A stretch of 63,309 nt of DNA, filler included, from Octopus bimaculoides (GCF_001194135.2; 7 parts of 5 records of this genome joined end to end with filler, not necessarily neighbours in it); one strand, 5' to 3'; positions 26,374-38,400 are shown, counted from the whole stretch's first letter. The notes: generated by a model from the letters alone, not told the origin. Numbers and translations are program-made.

Positions 26374-27659
26374 NNNNNNNNNNNNNNNNNNNNNNNNNNN
26401 NNNNNNNNNNNNNNNNNTTAATTAATTAANNNNNNNNNNNNNNNNNNNNNNNNNNNNNNNNNNNNNNNNNNNNTAAACTCTGTTATGTTTCCCTCGGGTG
26501 ACTCGCAGAGATAACAAAACGAGTTATACAATTTAATTATTACATTTATTGTTCAATTACATACAAAGAACGCACTCACCCAATGTTCGTTATGAATAAA
26601 CAAAAGTCATATCCGCCATATATATATCAATGACATTTTACTACGACAGTCCCACAAGACAACAACAATGAAACAATGAACTCAGACGAACCACATGACA
26701 CACGGAACGTCAGACGAATTACATATCTAACAGTCCATATAACACCGGGAATCTCAGAAATCGATATTTCAAGTGTATTGGCTCTTGTCAATGAGATGTA
26801 CCTAAGAAACGAAACGCTGAATGAACTAAATAAAGCTTATAGCTTTGTATATAATTCAGCCAACACATTGACTGATTTGCGCTAGTAGATTGCCCGATCG
26901 AGAAAAATATCGGAATGATGGCGCAAAGCAGTGTTTACGTATAATTACAAATATATATATATAAAGCTATAAGCTTTAGTTAGTTTGTTCAGAGAGCCTT
27001 TCTTAGGTACATCTCATTGACATGAGTCAATAAATTCGAGGGAAACTCGGTTAACGGAAACTGCATGGAAGCCTATCATATAGATCGTAACAGTAATCCT
27101 AAATATCGAAGATTGTAGAAGAGTACAACTTTAGTACAGCAATTGTGTCCGAAATTGAGAAGGCAAGAGCTATGACTGAGAAATTTATCAATTAAGAAAT
27201 TTATCAATTAGAAAGAAAATCTATGAAAATACGAGAAAGTACGGACGTTGCGGATGGTAAGGAGGACCATGTCCCGACAACTTGTGTCGCCATTAACTAT
27301 GGCTTGCTGGTTTCTATGGTATTGCTTTGAGTAGAGGACGATGTCACTGTTGTTAAGGTGCTGCCTTGTCGTCAAATGTGAAATCGTTGGCCAGGAAACC
27401 ACAAACACCCCAAAACAGCAGTGAATGGATGTTTTGGTTGTGAAAATACCAAAGTTTTATTATAGCCAGAAGCTCTCGAAGTGATTCAGTAAAATACAGT
27501 GAAGATTGAAAGAGGATTTATTGATTCGTGTGGCGTGGGACAAACGGGTTACTTGTAGAAACAAGGGAAAGACAGACGTTGTGAGACGAATTCTAAATTT
27601 TATGGAAAACATACAAATAATATTCCTTTCACGTTTTGGCACAAAGCCAGCAGTTTAGG

Positions 27660-27840
27660 AGGAGAGGAGGGCAAGTTGATTACATTGACCCAAGTGCATA
27701 ACTGGTACTTATGTTATCGACACCAAAACGATGCAAGGCAAAGTCGCCCTTGGCGGAGTTGGAACCCAGAACGCAAAGACGGACGAAATGCCGCTAAGCG
27801 TTTTGTCCGGTGTGCTAAAGATTCTGCCAGATCGCCACTT
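27660..27840 (-). mobile_element. SINE group C
   Basis: Reverse complement ggcgatctggcagaatc...tttcgtccgtc...gactttgccttgcatcgttttggtgtcgataacataagtaccag. Confidence 0.75.
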
Positions 27841-28698
27841 TTTATTAACGACGTATTTTATAGNNNNNNNNNNNNNNNNNNNNNNNNNNNNNNNNNNNNN
27901 NNNNNNNNNNNNNNNNNNNNNNNNNNNNNNNNNNNNNNNNNNNNNNNNNNNNNNNNNNNNNNNNNNNNNNNNNNNNNNNNNNNNNNNNNNNNNNNNNNNN
28001 NNNNNNNNNNNNNNNNNNNNNNNNNNNNNNNNNNNNNNNNNNNNNNNNNNNNNNNNNNNNNNNNNNNNNNNNNNNNNNNNNNNNNNNNNNNNNNNNNNNN
28101 NNNNNNNNNNNNNNNNNNNNNNNNNNNNNNNNNNNNNNNNNNNNNNNNNNNNNNNNNNNNNNNNNNNNNNNNNNNNNNNNNNNNNNNNNNNNNNNNNNNN
28201 NNNNNNNNNNNNNNNNNNNNNNNNNNNNNNNNNNNNNNNNNNNNNNNNNNNNNNNNNNNNNNNNNNNNNNNNNNNNNNNNNNNNNNNNNNNNNNNNNNNN
28301 NNNNNNNNNNNNNNNNNNNNNNNNNNNNNNNNNNNNNNNNNNNNNNNNNNNNNNNNNNNNNNNNNNNNNNNNNNNNNNNNNNNNNNNNNNNNNNNNNNNN
28401 NNNNNNNNNNNNNNNNNNNNNNNNNNNNNNNNNNNNNNNNNNNNNNNNNNNNNNNNNNNNNNNNNNNNNNNNNNNNNNNNNNNNNNNNNNNNNNNNNNNN
28501 NNNNNNNNNNNNNNNNNNNNNNNNNNNNNNNNNNNNNNNNNNNNNNNNNNNNNNNNNNNNNNNNNNNNNNNNNNNNNNNNNNNNNNNNNNNNNNNNNNNN
28601 NNNNNNNNNNNNNNNNNNNNNNNNNNNNNNNNNNNNNNNNNNNNNNNNNNNNNNNNNNNNNNNNNNNNNNNNNNNNNNNNNNNNNNNNNNNNNNNNNG

Positions 28699-28823
28699 GA
28701 GCCTCGTGGAGCTTTTAGGTGTTTTCGCTCAATAAACACTCACAACACCCGGCGTGGGAAACGAAACCGCGATCCTATGACCGCCAGTCCGCTGCCCTAA
28801 CCACTGGGCCATTGCACCTCCAC
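28699..28823 (-). mobile_element. SINE group A head (rest in gap)
   Basis: Reverse complement of the 9005-9130 sequence. Confidence 0.9.
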
Positions 28824-29359
28824 TGTGCCTAGAATAGAAAAGGATTATAAAAGCGTTGCCATGGAGAATGGCTAGTGACACTCGCTGGCAACACCCACCC
28901 TACCTTGCAAAGGTTCATTTCTCAGACGGTCCGCAGTCATTCAACGACCTTCGAGCAATTTTGTAATCAAACTCCTTTCCTTTGAATTTTCAAGCTCCAT
29001 ATTTTTGTCCTTTCAACGGCATAACAACGCGAATTGTCAAACATCATCAATGTTCAAACGATACACACTTTTGTCAAATATCATGTCCAGGTTGGCTCTC
29101 ACACGCAAGAACTCTGTAAACATGGATTTCTTTATTTAATATTACTTTGTTCACTGTGGCCTTCCTTCTTTAAGATTAGATACGCTTTATGAACAATATA
29201 CACCACACCCAACACTTCGTTCAGATAATCGAAGTCTAATTGAGTGTATGTGTGTGTGTCTGCACATGCGTATACTTATACACACAAATATATATATACA
29301 TAGGCGTAGCCTATGTATATATAAGTATATAAATGTGTTTGCATAAATACATACATACA

Positions 29360-29395
<36 letters not shown>

Positions 29396-30221
29396 TATAT
29401 ATANNNNNNNNNNNNNNNNNNNNNNNNNNNNNNNNNNNNNNNNNNNNNNNNNNNNNNNNNNNNNNNNNNNNNNNNNNNNNNNNNNNNNNNNNNNNNNNNN
29501 NNNNNNNNNNNNNNNNNNNNNNNNNNNNNNNNNNNNNNNNNNNNNNNNNNNNNNNNNNNNNNNNNNNNNNNNNNNNNNNNNNNNNNNNNNNNNNNNNNNN
29601 NNNNNNNNNNNNNNNNNNNNNNNNNNNNNNNNNNNNNNNNNNNNNNNNNNNNNNNNNNNNNNNNNNNNNNNNNNNNNNNNNNNNNNNNNNNNNNNNNNNN
29701 NNNNNNNNNNNNNNNNNNNNNNNNNNNNNNNNNNNNNNNNNNNNNNNNNNNNNNNNNNNNNNNNNNNNNNNNNNNNNNNNNNNNNNNNNNNNNNNNNNNN
29801 NNNNNNNNNNNNNNNNNNNNNNNNNNNNNNNNNNNNNNNNNNNNNNNNNNNNNNNNNNNNNNNNNNNNNNNNNNNNNNNNNNNNNNNNNNNNNNNNNNNN
29901 NNNNNNNNNNNNNNNNNNNNNNNNNNNNNNNNNNNNNNNNNNNNNNNNNNNNNNNNNNNNNNNNNNNNNNNNNNNNNNNNNNNNNNNNNNNNNNNNNNNN
30001 NNNNNNNNNNNNNNNNNNNNNNNNNNNNNNNNNNNNNNNNNNNNNNNNNNNNNNNNNNNNNNNNNNNNNNNNNNNNNNNNNNNNNNNNNNNNNNNNNNNN
30101 NNNNNNNNNNNNNNNNNNNNNNNNTATATATATATATCCCTTCATATATATATATGCATGCTGATACATGACCCACGTTGGACTCCTCACTCATATCGTT
30201 ATCGAACCTGGAGCTTAACCA

Positions 30222-30340
30222 TTAAGGGTACACGTGTCTGTGGAGTGCTCAGCCACTTGCACGTTAATTTCACGAGCAGGCTGTTCTGTTGATCGGATCA
30301 ACTGGAACCCTCGACGTCGTAAGCGACGGAGTGCCAACAC
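30222..30340 (+). mobile_element. SINE group A 3' end
   Basis: ttaagggtacacgtg...ctggaaccctcgacgtcgtaagcgacggagtgccaaca. Confidence 0.85.
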
Positions 30341-30394
30341 ACAACACAACATGCACACACATACACACACACTTACATACACGTCCTTGACGTA

Positions 30395-30610
30395 GCTAGA
30401 ACCATATTCCATCAACTGGTGCTTGAGGGCAAAATGCTTCGAGGCATTTGGTCCGTCCTGACGTTCTGATTTCAAATTTCACTGAGGTCGAATTTGCATT
30501 TCATCCTTTCGAGATCGATAAAATAAGTACCAGTCGAGTACTGGGGTCGATGTAATCCACTTACCCACCTCCCACCTGGACACTTTGCCAATATTTTGAA
30601 ACCAATATCT
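30395..30610 (+). mobile_element. SINE group C
   Basis: ttcaaatttcactgaggtcgaatttgcatttcatcctttcgagatcgataaaataagtaccag...ctggggtcgatgtaatc. Confidence 0.8.
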
Positions 30611-31074
30611 ATACAATTCAGTACAGCAGATCCATTTCGGTTGAATTTGTCAATCGGTTTCGTTCACAAGAGTGTTGGGTGGGGGTGGAGGGAATCGGCG
30701 TTCGGAAGGAGGTGTTGGCCGGAAGGAGAGTATGGCCACAGCGCTGTGCTATTAAGCGTCCGAAAGTGTCACATCCGGTTGGCGTGGGTCGTAAAAAAAT
30801 CAACAATGAAGAAACCGAAATGGCTTTAAGCTCAGAATGGACACATCTTAGAGTTATGCCCCTTGGATGAAGATCAGATAGTCCCACCACTGTAAGTGGT
30901 AAATGCCGACAGAACAGGTTCGGGGCTGGGATGCGAGCAGAATGGGGCAGATGTGCGTGAAAGGAGGAAGAAAGTGGGGATGAGGGAGGGTGGTCTGTGT
31001 GTTTGTATGTGATATGCTGGGTGTGGGGATGGGAAGTATTGATGATGGAAGTTCTAATGGTTATATTCATAGTG

Positions 31075-31560
31075 CGGTCTGCCAATATCCAGGTGTATAT
31101 CTCCGTTCATGCGGACTGGAGAGAAAAATTTCACTTTTACAGTTCAGGCAGGCATCTGAGTAAAGAGAGTACTTTAGCATAATTCTTTTCTGTGTCAAGT
31201 GGAGCCTGCATTTCTTATTGTTATTTAGTAAGGCCTACATCACTCTAATGCTTTCCACTTAATGTTGTAATCGGTGGCGTTATATTTCGTGCTTAACTAG
31301 GCTGTGACCTTTCGCCTCTCCTGGATATTAAAGGGGTACTTATGATTGTTATATCTAATAGTGAAGGGGCCTTCTGTCGCTGTATGTTTCCACACATCCA
31401 TCTGCCGCTGGGATCCATTGACGTCGGTCCCTGTGTTACAGTGGCTGTTAAGCAGACATGTGTTGTTGCCTCTGCAGGAGCATCCTGTCTCTGTTTCAGG
31501 CATGAGCCTACCTACGAAGATTTTCTTTCTTTTTTTTTTTTTGAGTATACAAGATGTACA
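31075..31560 (-). mobile_element. Penelope-like element (Neptune-type) GIY-YIG C-terminal fragment
   Basis: CSCRGNNTCLLNSHC..., TEGPFTIRYNNHKYPFN, DYNIKWKALE*CRPY*NNNKKCRLHLTQK, LNCKSEIF..PH. GC-richer 30620-31075 may be its terminal repeat. Confidence 0.8.
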
Positions 31561-31647
31561 GCAAAAAGAAACTCTGGAGGCATGTCGTCTATTAAACTGA
31601 ACCCAGAATCCAGCAGATGGAAAGGTGCTTTTGGTAGGAATAGAAAT

Positions 31648-31830
31648 GTTTATTTCTTTATTGCCCACAAGGAGCTAAACATAGAGGGGACAAACAAAGG
31701 GATTAAGTCGATTACATCGACCTCAGTGCGTAACTGGTATTTACTTAATCGACTTCGAAAGGATGAAAGACAAAGTCGACCTCAGCGAAATTTGAACTCA
31801 GAACCTAACGGCAGACGAAATACCGCTTGT
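31648..31830 (-). mobile_element. SINE group C with alternative tail (tgtcccctct...aataaagaaataa)
   Basis: Group-C core on minus strand; tail differs from other group-C copies. Confidence 0.85.
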
Positions 31831-31872
31831 GTGGAGAGTCCATCAACAATACGCACGTAACGTACATCGTGG

Positions 31873-31873
<1 letters not shown>

Positions 31874-31928
<55 letters not shown>

Positions 31929-31935
31929 ACTAACT
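31874..31935. repeat. (CTA)n microsatellite
   Basis: Visible. Confidence 0.95.
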
Positions 31936-32142
31936 AACGAAGAAATCTCTACTGTAGTGATGCAGCAATCCTCGTTGGTTTGGAATTCAAATTTGAAATC
32001 AGTTTGACGGACTCCTTTAAACACACACACACACAAACACACNNNNNNNNNNNNNNNNNNNNNNNNNNNNNNNNNNNNNNNNNNNNTTAATTAATTAANN
32101 NNNNNNNNNNNNNNNNNNNNNNNNNNNNNNNNNNNNNNNNNN

Positions 32143-34455
32143 ATTCACTACCAGTGAACTAAGGTAACACCTCTTATTTTTTGAGCACCTTCTAGAGTAT
32201 TCGAGTGATTCCAAGCAGTACTATTTTCTGCAAGTGCTCCAATCTTATTGCAGCTCCTATTTGTTCCACGTACTTCTCGAGATTTTTGTTCACTGTTCCC
32301 AGGGCTCTGACAATTATTGGTACTACTACCACCTTTTTCATCGACCACAACTGTTTAACTTACCAAGCTAACCTGTCATATCTCTCAACTTTTCTTTCTT
32401 CCTTATCGCATACCTTGTTGTCAGCTGGGCATGCTATATCTATGATCCAGCATAGTTTGTTTTCTTTCTCAATTCAGACTATGTCCGGCTTCCTATTCTC
32501 TATTTCATGGTCGCACTGAATCATAAAATCCCATAGGATCTTTGCGTTTCTATTTTCGATGATGCCTTCAGGTTTGTGGTCGTACCAATTTCTTGCCCTG
32601 TCAAGTCCATACTTGTTGCAAAGTGTCCTATGGTCAAGCCTAGCTATATTGTCGTCGTGTCCCTTATATTCCTTCTGGTCTAGTGGCATACATTGGCTGG
32701 TAATATGCCATATGGTTTCACCGTTTTGTCCACTGATTCTGCACTTATCACTTTCTGCTGTGTTGTCTATTCTGTATTTTATGTAGTTTGTTCTTAGTGC
32801 TTGGGCAGCACAGATTAGAGTCGTCTCCATTTCTGGTTTTAAATCACTTTTAGTCATCCACAGCCATCTTTTTTCTCTGTCTGTCTTATCTTCAACATCC
32901 CTATGAAATTGACCATGCTTTCTTTTCTTTACCCACCTATTTTCAGTTTCGTTCGTTTTCAATTTCTTGTATAGTGCTTTATCTTTGCAATCTTTCATCC
33001 TACACAAGCCTGACCTTACTTCTAATAATAGCGGTTTTGTGGCATTTTTTACATTCCATGCTATGTTGTTTTCTTCTGCTCTAATGCTGTGTTCGCATCC
33101 AATAAGTCCTCTTCCTCCTCTTTTTCTTGGTACATACAGTCTGTGTGTCACTTTTTGGGTGGAGTGACCCATACCTAGTTAGCAACTTCCTTGTGTTTCT
33201 GTCTAAGCTGTTTAATTTGTTTACTGTCCATGTGACTACCTGTGCTCCATATCTAAGGAGTGAAACTGCCCAGGTGTTGATAGCTTCGATCTTATTCCAT
33301 CCGTTTAATTTCAACTGAAGGATCAGTCTCAGTCTGCGCAAATACTCCACCTTAAATTTTTCTGTCATTTCTTTCTCCATCAATTTATCCATTTCAAAAA
33401 TTCCCAAGCCCGTCTCTTCGTAACCTCCCCCGATGGTATCGTTAGCCCATCCATACATTTGATTTTGCCTCTCTTCAAGACTAACACACCACACTTTCTC
33501 AGTCTGAACTCCATTCTGATATCAGCACTGAAGGTATACACCATATCAATGAGGGAACTGACTTGTGATTCATCTTCACCATAAAGTTTGAGGTCATCCA
33601 TGAATAACAAATGGTTGACTTTTTGTTGGCAGCTTTTGAATACATACCCAGCTTTTGCTTTCCTCAGAATCAGTGTTAGTGGTATCAAGTACAGTACAAA
33701 GATCAGCGGGGAGAGGCAATTCCCTTGGAAGATGCTTCTCCTAATTTCTACTTTCCCTAAACTTCTTCCGTATGCTATCAGGTCCATCCTCCAATATGCT
33801 ATACTTTTTCCAAGCAATTGCTCGACATTCAATGCAGTACCAAATAGGTTCATACCCTCCATAATCCAAGAATGTGGGATCATATTGTACGCCTTACTAT
33901 AGTCGATCCATGACATGGCTAAATTACTTTTCCTCCTCTTGCGGTCTCTGTGTACAGTTTTATCTATCAGGAGTTGATCCTTGGTACCTCTGCACTTACA
34001 CTTGCAACCCTTCTGCTCATGTGGCAGGACTCCATTTTTTCCCAGATGTTTGTACATTAACTCTGCGAGTATTCCAGTCAATAACTTCCACATAAGTGGC
34101 AAACAGGATATCGGCCTGTAATTGTCTCCTGTATTGCCTTTTTCGATGTTTTTCAGGCACAGCACTGTCCTACCCAATGTCAACCATTCTGGTGTAATTT
34201 GGTTGGCATTTAACAAGGTGTTGAGTTGCGCAGCTATTTGTGCATGACATTCACCAAATCTCTTGATCTAGTGGCCTTGAACTCCATCTGATCCCGGGGC
34301 CTTCCGATTGCTCATTTTCTTTGCTGATTTCCTTCACTTCCCTAACTGAAATGACTAGTTCTTTCTGCTTTGGACAGACTACTGTTTGTTTTGGTTCTTG
34401 CAACCATTCAGCATCCTTCTTGTGCTCCTTGCCTTGCTCCAGATGTCATTACCTA
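32143..34455 (-). mobile_element. Degraded R4/Dong-like (RLE) non-LTR retrotransposon: RT, CCHC and RLE
   Basis: [129 protein letters not shown]; several frameshifts. Confidence 0.95.
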
Positions 34456-34608
34456 ACTTTGATCGACTATATTTTTCCTTAAACACTGATTTTCTGAAGG
34501 ACAGACAATTTTGTTTTTGAAATTACACAGGTAATTATTCATTTGCATTTGGTATTCACTGTTAAAAGAATTTCTACTAGTCCTCTCAGAATCAGATGGT
34601 AAGGCAGG

Positions 34609-34635
<27 letters not shown>

Positions 34636-34641
<6 letters not shown>

Positions 34642-34799
34642 GAATGATAATTTCCTGAACTACATTTCAATTCTTTAAGTAAAAGTAATTATTATTATTA
34701 TTATTGATATTAAAATTAGATGCTAACTGTATTATTAGAGTTGGAATTACTTTTACTTAAAGAATTGAAATGTAGTTCAGGAAATTATCATTCGTTAAT
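34636..34799. repeat. Perfect 55-bp inverted repeat (34636-34690 / 34745-34799)
   Basis: Arms checked base by base; 54-bp spacer. Confidence 0.9.
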
Positions 34800-34870
34800 T
34801 TCACAATACACATTGATTCTGCTCTTGTTTACAGATTTTGAGTTTCAACTCAAAATCTCATTTAACCAGT

Positions 34871-36180
34871 TTAACCTTTCAGCATTCAGATTAAGATTAC
34901 TGTCAAATGTAATTACTTATTTATTCACATTGTTTTGGATTAATCATAAATAATCTCATAGCTTCAAGATTTTAATAATGTGATTGTTTGTACAATGACA
35001 TTGTAGGATAATTGTGACAGACTGGATCTGGCCAGTTTGAACACAAGACAAATACAGTAATCCCTTGCCATATCACCTATTGCAGTTTATTATTTAAGCT
35101 TGCGCCGATTCCTCCATGGTGTTGTTTTGCAGTTATAATAAAATAAATATATACAAATTTTAAAAAAATATATATATATACTGTACAGTAATGTTTCTAC
35201 TTTGTGGATTTTCATTTATCGTGGGGGGTTTTGGAGTATGATAGTCGAAGGATTACTGTAAAACATTTGGGCTGCATTTTGGCTGGTTTAACCCTTTAAC
35301 ATTCAGATTACTCTGTCAAATGTAATGCTTATTTATTCACATAGTTTTGAATTAATTATGCATTATTTCATAGCTTTGAGATTTTAATGATGTGGTTCTA
35401 TATTTTTAGAATGACATTGTAGGGTAGGTGTGAGAGGCTAGATCTGGCCAGTTTGAACATAAAATAAGGAAAATATTTCAGTCAGATATGGCTGCATAAA
35501 ATGCTAAAGATAGTAATCTAGCAGAATTGTTAATGTGCCAAAGTAAATGTATTTCTTCCAGTTCTTTACTACATGAGTTCAAATCCCAGCAAAGTTGGCT
35601 TTGTTTTTCATTATTTCAGGATTATAAATAAAGTACCAGTCAAATACTAAGGTCGATGTAATCAGCTGTATCCATCACCTAAAAATTACTGGCCTTGTAC
35701 CAAAATTAGAAAGAATTATTATTATCATTAATAATCCTTTAACGGCAGCAAACTGGCAGAATTGTTAGCATGCTGGGTGAAGTGCTTAGTGGTATTCCGC
35801 TTGTTGCTACATTCTGAGTTCAAATTCTGCCAAGGTCAACTTTGCTTTCATCCTTTCAGGGTCAATAAATTATGTACCAGTGAAATTAAGTACCAATGTA
35901 ATTGACTTGTCCCCTCCCACAAAATTTCAGGCCTTGTGCCTTTAGTGGAATGGATTATTAATAATCTTTTACCATTCTGATTACTGTGTCAAATAAAATG
36001 CTTATTCATTCACATTGTTTTGAAATAATCTTGCATTATCTTGTAGCTTCAAGATTTTCATAATGCAATTATTTTTAGAATGACATTTGTAGGGTAGGTG
36101 TAACAGACTAGATCTGGCCAGTTTGCATGTAGGACACGTAGAATATTTGGGCCAGATGTAGTCGGTTTAAATGCTGGTTT
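34871..36180. mobile_element. Three same-orientation copies of a ~220-bp piggyBac-type MITE (34871-35058, 35288-35515, 35960-36180)
   Basis: Shared cattcagattac...tgtcaaatgtaatgcttatttattcac...gatctggccagtttgaac; ttaa-ccctttaacatt / aatgctaaag termini. Confidence 0.75.
35520..35955 (+). mobile_element. Two tandem SINE group C copies (35520-35715, 35740-35955)
   Basis: Group-C core and ggccttgt tail in each. Confidence 0.75.
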
Positions 36181-36229
36181 TATATCAGTTTTATTTCTAC
36201 CTGTCTACTCAGCTATAAATGATGGACAG

Positions 36230-36400
36230 ATGCTCTGTTCTGAGGAAGTGTTGTGATCTCGGTCACTTTTAACCATAGAAACCAAATGACTGGCCCTATG
36301 GATCCTAGGTCTTGAGACAGAAGAAGGTCAAGGAAGACTTTGGACAAAGTATTCAAGGCTGATTTGAAGGTGCTGCATGTTGGTAGAAATGTCAAAGTAT
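36230..36400 (+). mobile_element. RTE-clade LINE RT C-terminal remnant
   Basis: R.RKTLDKVFKADLKVL parallels GRPKKTWDTVVKNDLQRL at the window end. Confidence 0.55.
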
Positions 36401-36499
36401 TGTCTTAGTTGGGGAGTGTGTGGGGCAGTAGATCTGACCACTTGTGGCAAAATGTGTGTTAAAATGGTGGTATTGGTAGAGGCTGAAATCTCTATGTCA

Positions 36500-36900
36500 T
36501 CATTATCATCATCATCATCATCATTTAATGTCCATCTTCCATACTGGCAGGGGTTGGACAGTTTGACATGAGCTGGTGAGCTAGAGGACTGCACCAAACT
36601 CAGTTGTGTGCTTTGGCATGGTTTTTACGGCTGGATGTTTTTCCTAACAGAATGTACTGAGTGCTTTTATAAGGCACCAATGTCAGTGAGGTCACCTAGT
36701 AACTTGTAAGACAAGATCCCTCAACTGAGAGGGGTAATGGTACAAAAGAAAGTGGCCTTGTGCTGGATGATGAAAGTTTAGAATATGGCAAAGAGACAGA
36801 GACAGATGTCTTGCTGCAGAGGTGACACATGGTTACTCTAGTCAGAGGGAACCATATAGAGTGAGAGAACAAGGGAGAGGGTGGTGATGTAGCATGGCAC
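36500..36900 (-). mobile_element. Retroposon 3' end with (GAT)n tail (probable RTE-mobilised element)
   Basis: catcatcatcatcatttaatgtccatcttccatactggcaggggttggacagtttgac; (ATC)n tail polarity. Confidence 0.55.
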
Positions 36901-37340
36901 ATCACTGTCATTTTAAGGTACAAGGATGTGAATATAAGTAGAATGGCAGGAGATTGCCTAGGGTGTGTGTGGGTATGTGTGTGCCTCTGTGTGTGTGTGT
37001 GTGTAATAATAATGAATCATTTTAAGGAAAACAGAGAATAGAGAATATCTAATTTTTTATATTGTTTATGCAGTCATTTAATTTCTTATATTTTTTGCCT
37101 GCATTACGTTGGTTGAATAAACAAAAAATAAAAAATAAAAAATTTTTCCAGTTGGAATCATTTTCCATTTTGAAGAAATCAAGATAGCAATCAAAATGTT
37201 CTGAAGAAACTCTTGATGGATTATAGCATCTTTATGAACTNNNNNNNNNNNNNNNNNNNNNNNNNNNNNNNNNNNNNNNNNNNNTTAATTAATTAANNNN
37301 NNNNNNNNNNNNNNNNNNNNNNNNNNNNNNNNNNNNNNNN

Positions 37341-37373
<33 letters not shown>

Positions 37374-37630
37374 GTATATATATGTATATGTCTGTGTGTA
37401 TATGTTTGTGTGTCAGTGTTTGTCCCCTCTCCCCAACATCGCTTGACAACCGATGCTGGTGTGTTTACGTCCCTGTAACTTAGCGGTTCGGCAAAAGAGA
37501 CCAATAGAATAAGTACGAGGCTTACAAAGAATAAGCTCTGAGGTCGATTTGCTCGACTAAAAGGCGGTGCTCCAGCATGGCCGCAGTCAAATGACTGAAC
37601 CAAGTAAAAGAGTAAAAGAGAGTAAAGAGT
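37341..37630 (+). mobile_element. SINE group B 3' half with internal (TA)n(TATG)n
   Basis: Well-preserved group-B tail ending gtaaaagagtaaaagag. Confidence 0.9.
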
Positions 37631-37689
37631 ATACGCACTGTACACTTCTTGTGATTATCTTCTCATCTATGCCCCTGATGGCAAATAAA

Positions 37690-38400
37690 TTATTATTATT
37701 ATTTTTCAGTAGTTTTATTTTTATAACGTGCTTTCACTTCACTACCGAGTGCAGCTCTGTGTGCCTTGGGTATGTGCTGTGGTTTGCTGTGATGCTCTTA
37801 TGGTTACTGTATTGAAAGTGTTTTGCGTAGGATGTGTGCAGTGCCCAGTAGTGCAATTTTCTGTATGTTATATATATATTTGTAAGTTCTGGTGTTTTTG
37901 TTATGTATTTGTCTGAATATTTTTTTATTATACCTAAGGCACCTACTATGATAGGAATTGTTTCTGTTTTTAGATTCCACATTCGAGTTACCTCTATTTC
38001 CAGGTCTTTGTATTTTGAAAGTTTCTCCATTTCTTTTAGGGAAACGTTGTCNNNNNNNNNNNNNNNNNNGGTATTGATACATCAATTAGAAAGCATTTTT
38101 TTCTTCATGATCTTTGACAACTATATCTGGTCTATTTTCCTTAATTTCTCTATCTGTGTGTATTGGCATATTTCAGAGTATGGTTGCTTTCTCGTTTTCT
38201 GTGACCTTTTCTGGCGTGTGTTTATACCATCTTTTTTCTGTTGTTATTCCATAGTATTGGCATAGCTTCCAGTGTATATAGGTCCCAGCTCTGTCGTGTC
38301 TATGAATATATTCCTTCTTAGCCAGGACTGGGCAGCCAAAGATAATATGATTTATTGTTTCTTATCCATCTCCACATATTCTACAGTTACTTGTATGTTT
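37690..38400 (-). mobile_element. 3' end of a further R4/Dong-like RLE LINE with (TAA)n tail
   Basis: EKLSKYKDLEIEVTRMWNLKTETIPIIVGALGIIKK...QKIALLGTAHILRKTLSIQ*; tail aataataataat. Confidence 0.9.

Noticed and set aside
27174-27211. 16-bp tandem duplication agaaatttatcaatta
   Set aside because: Ordinary slippage duplication with no further structure
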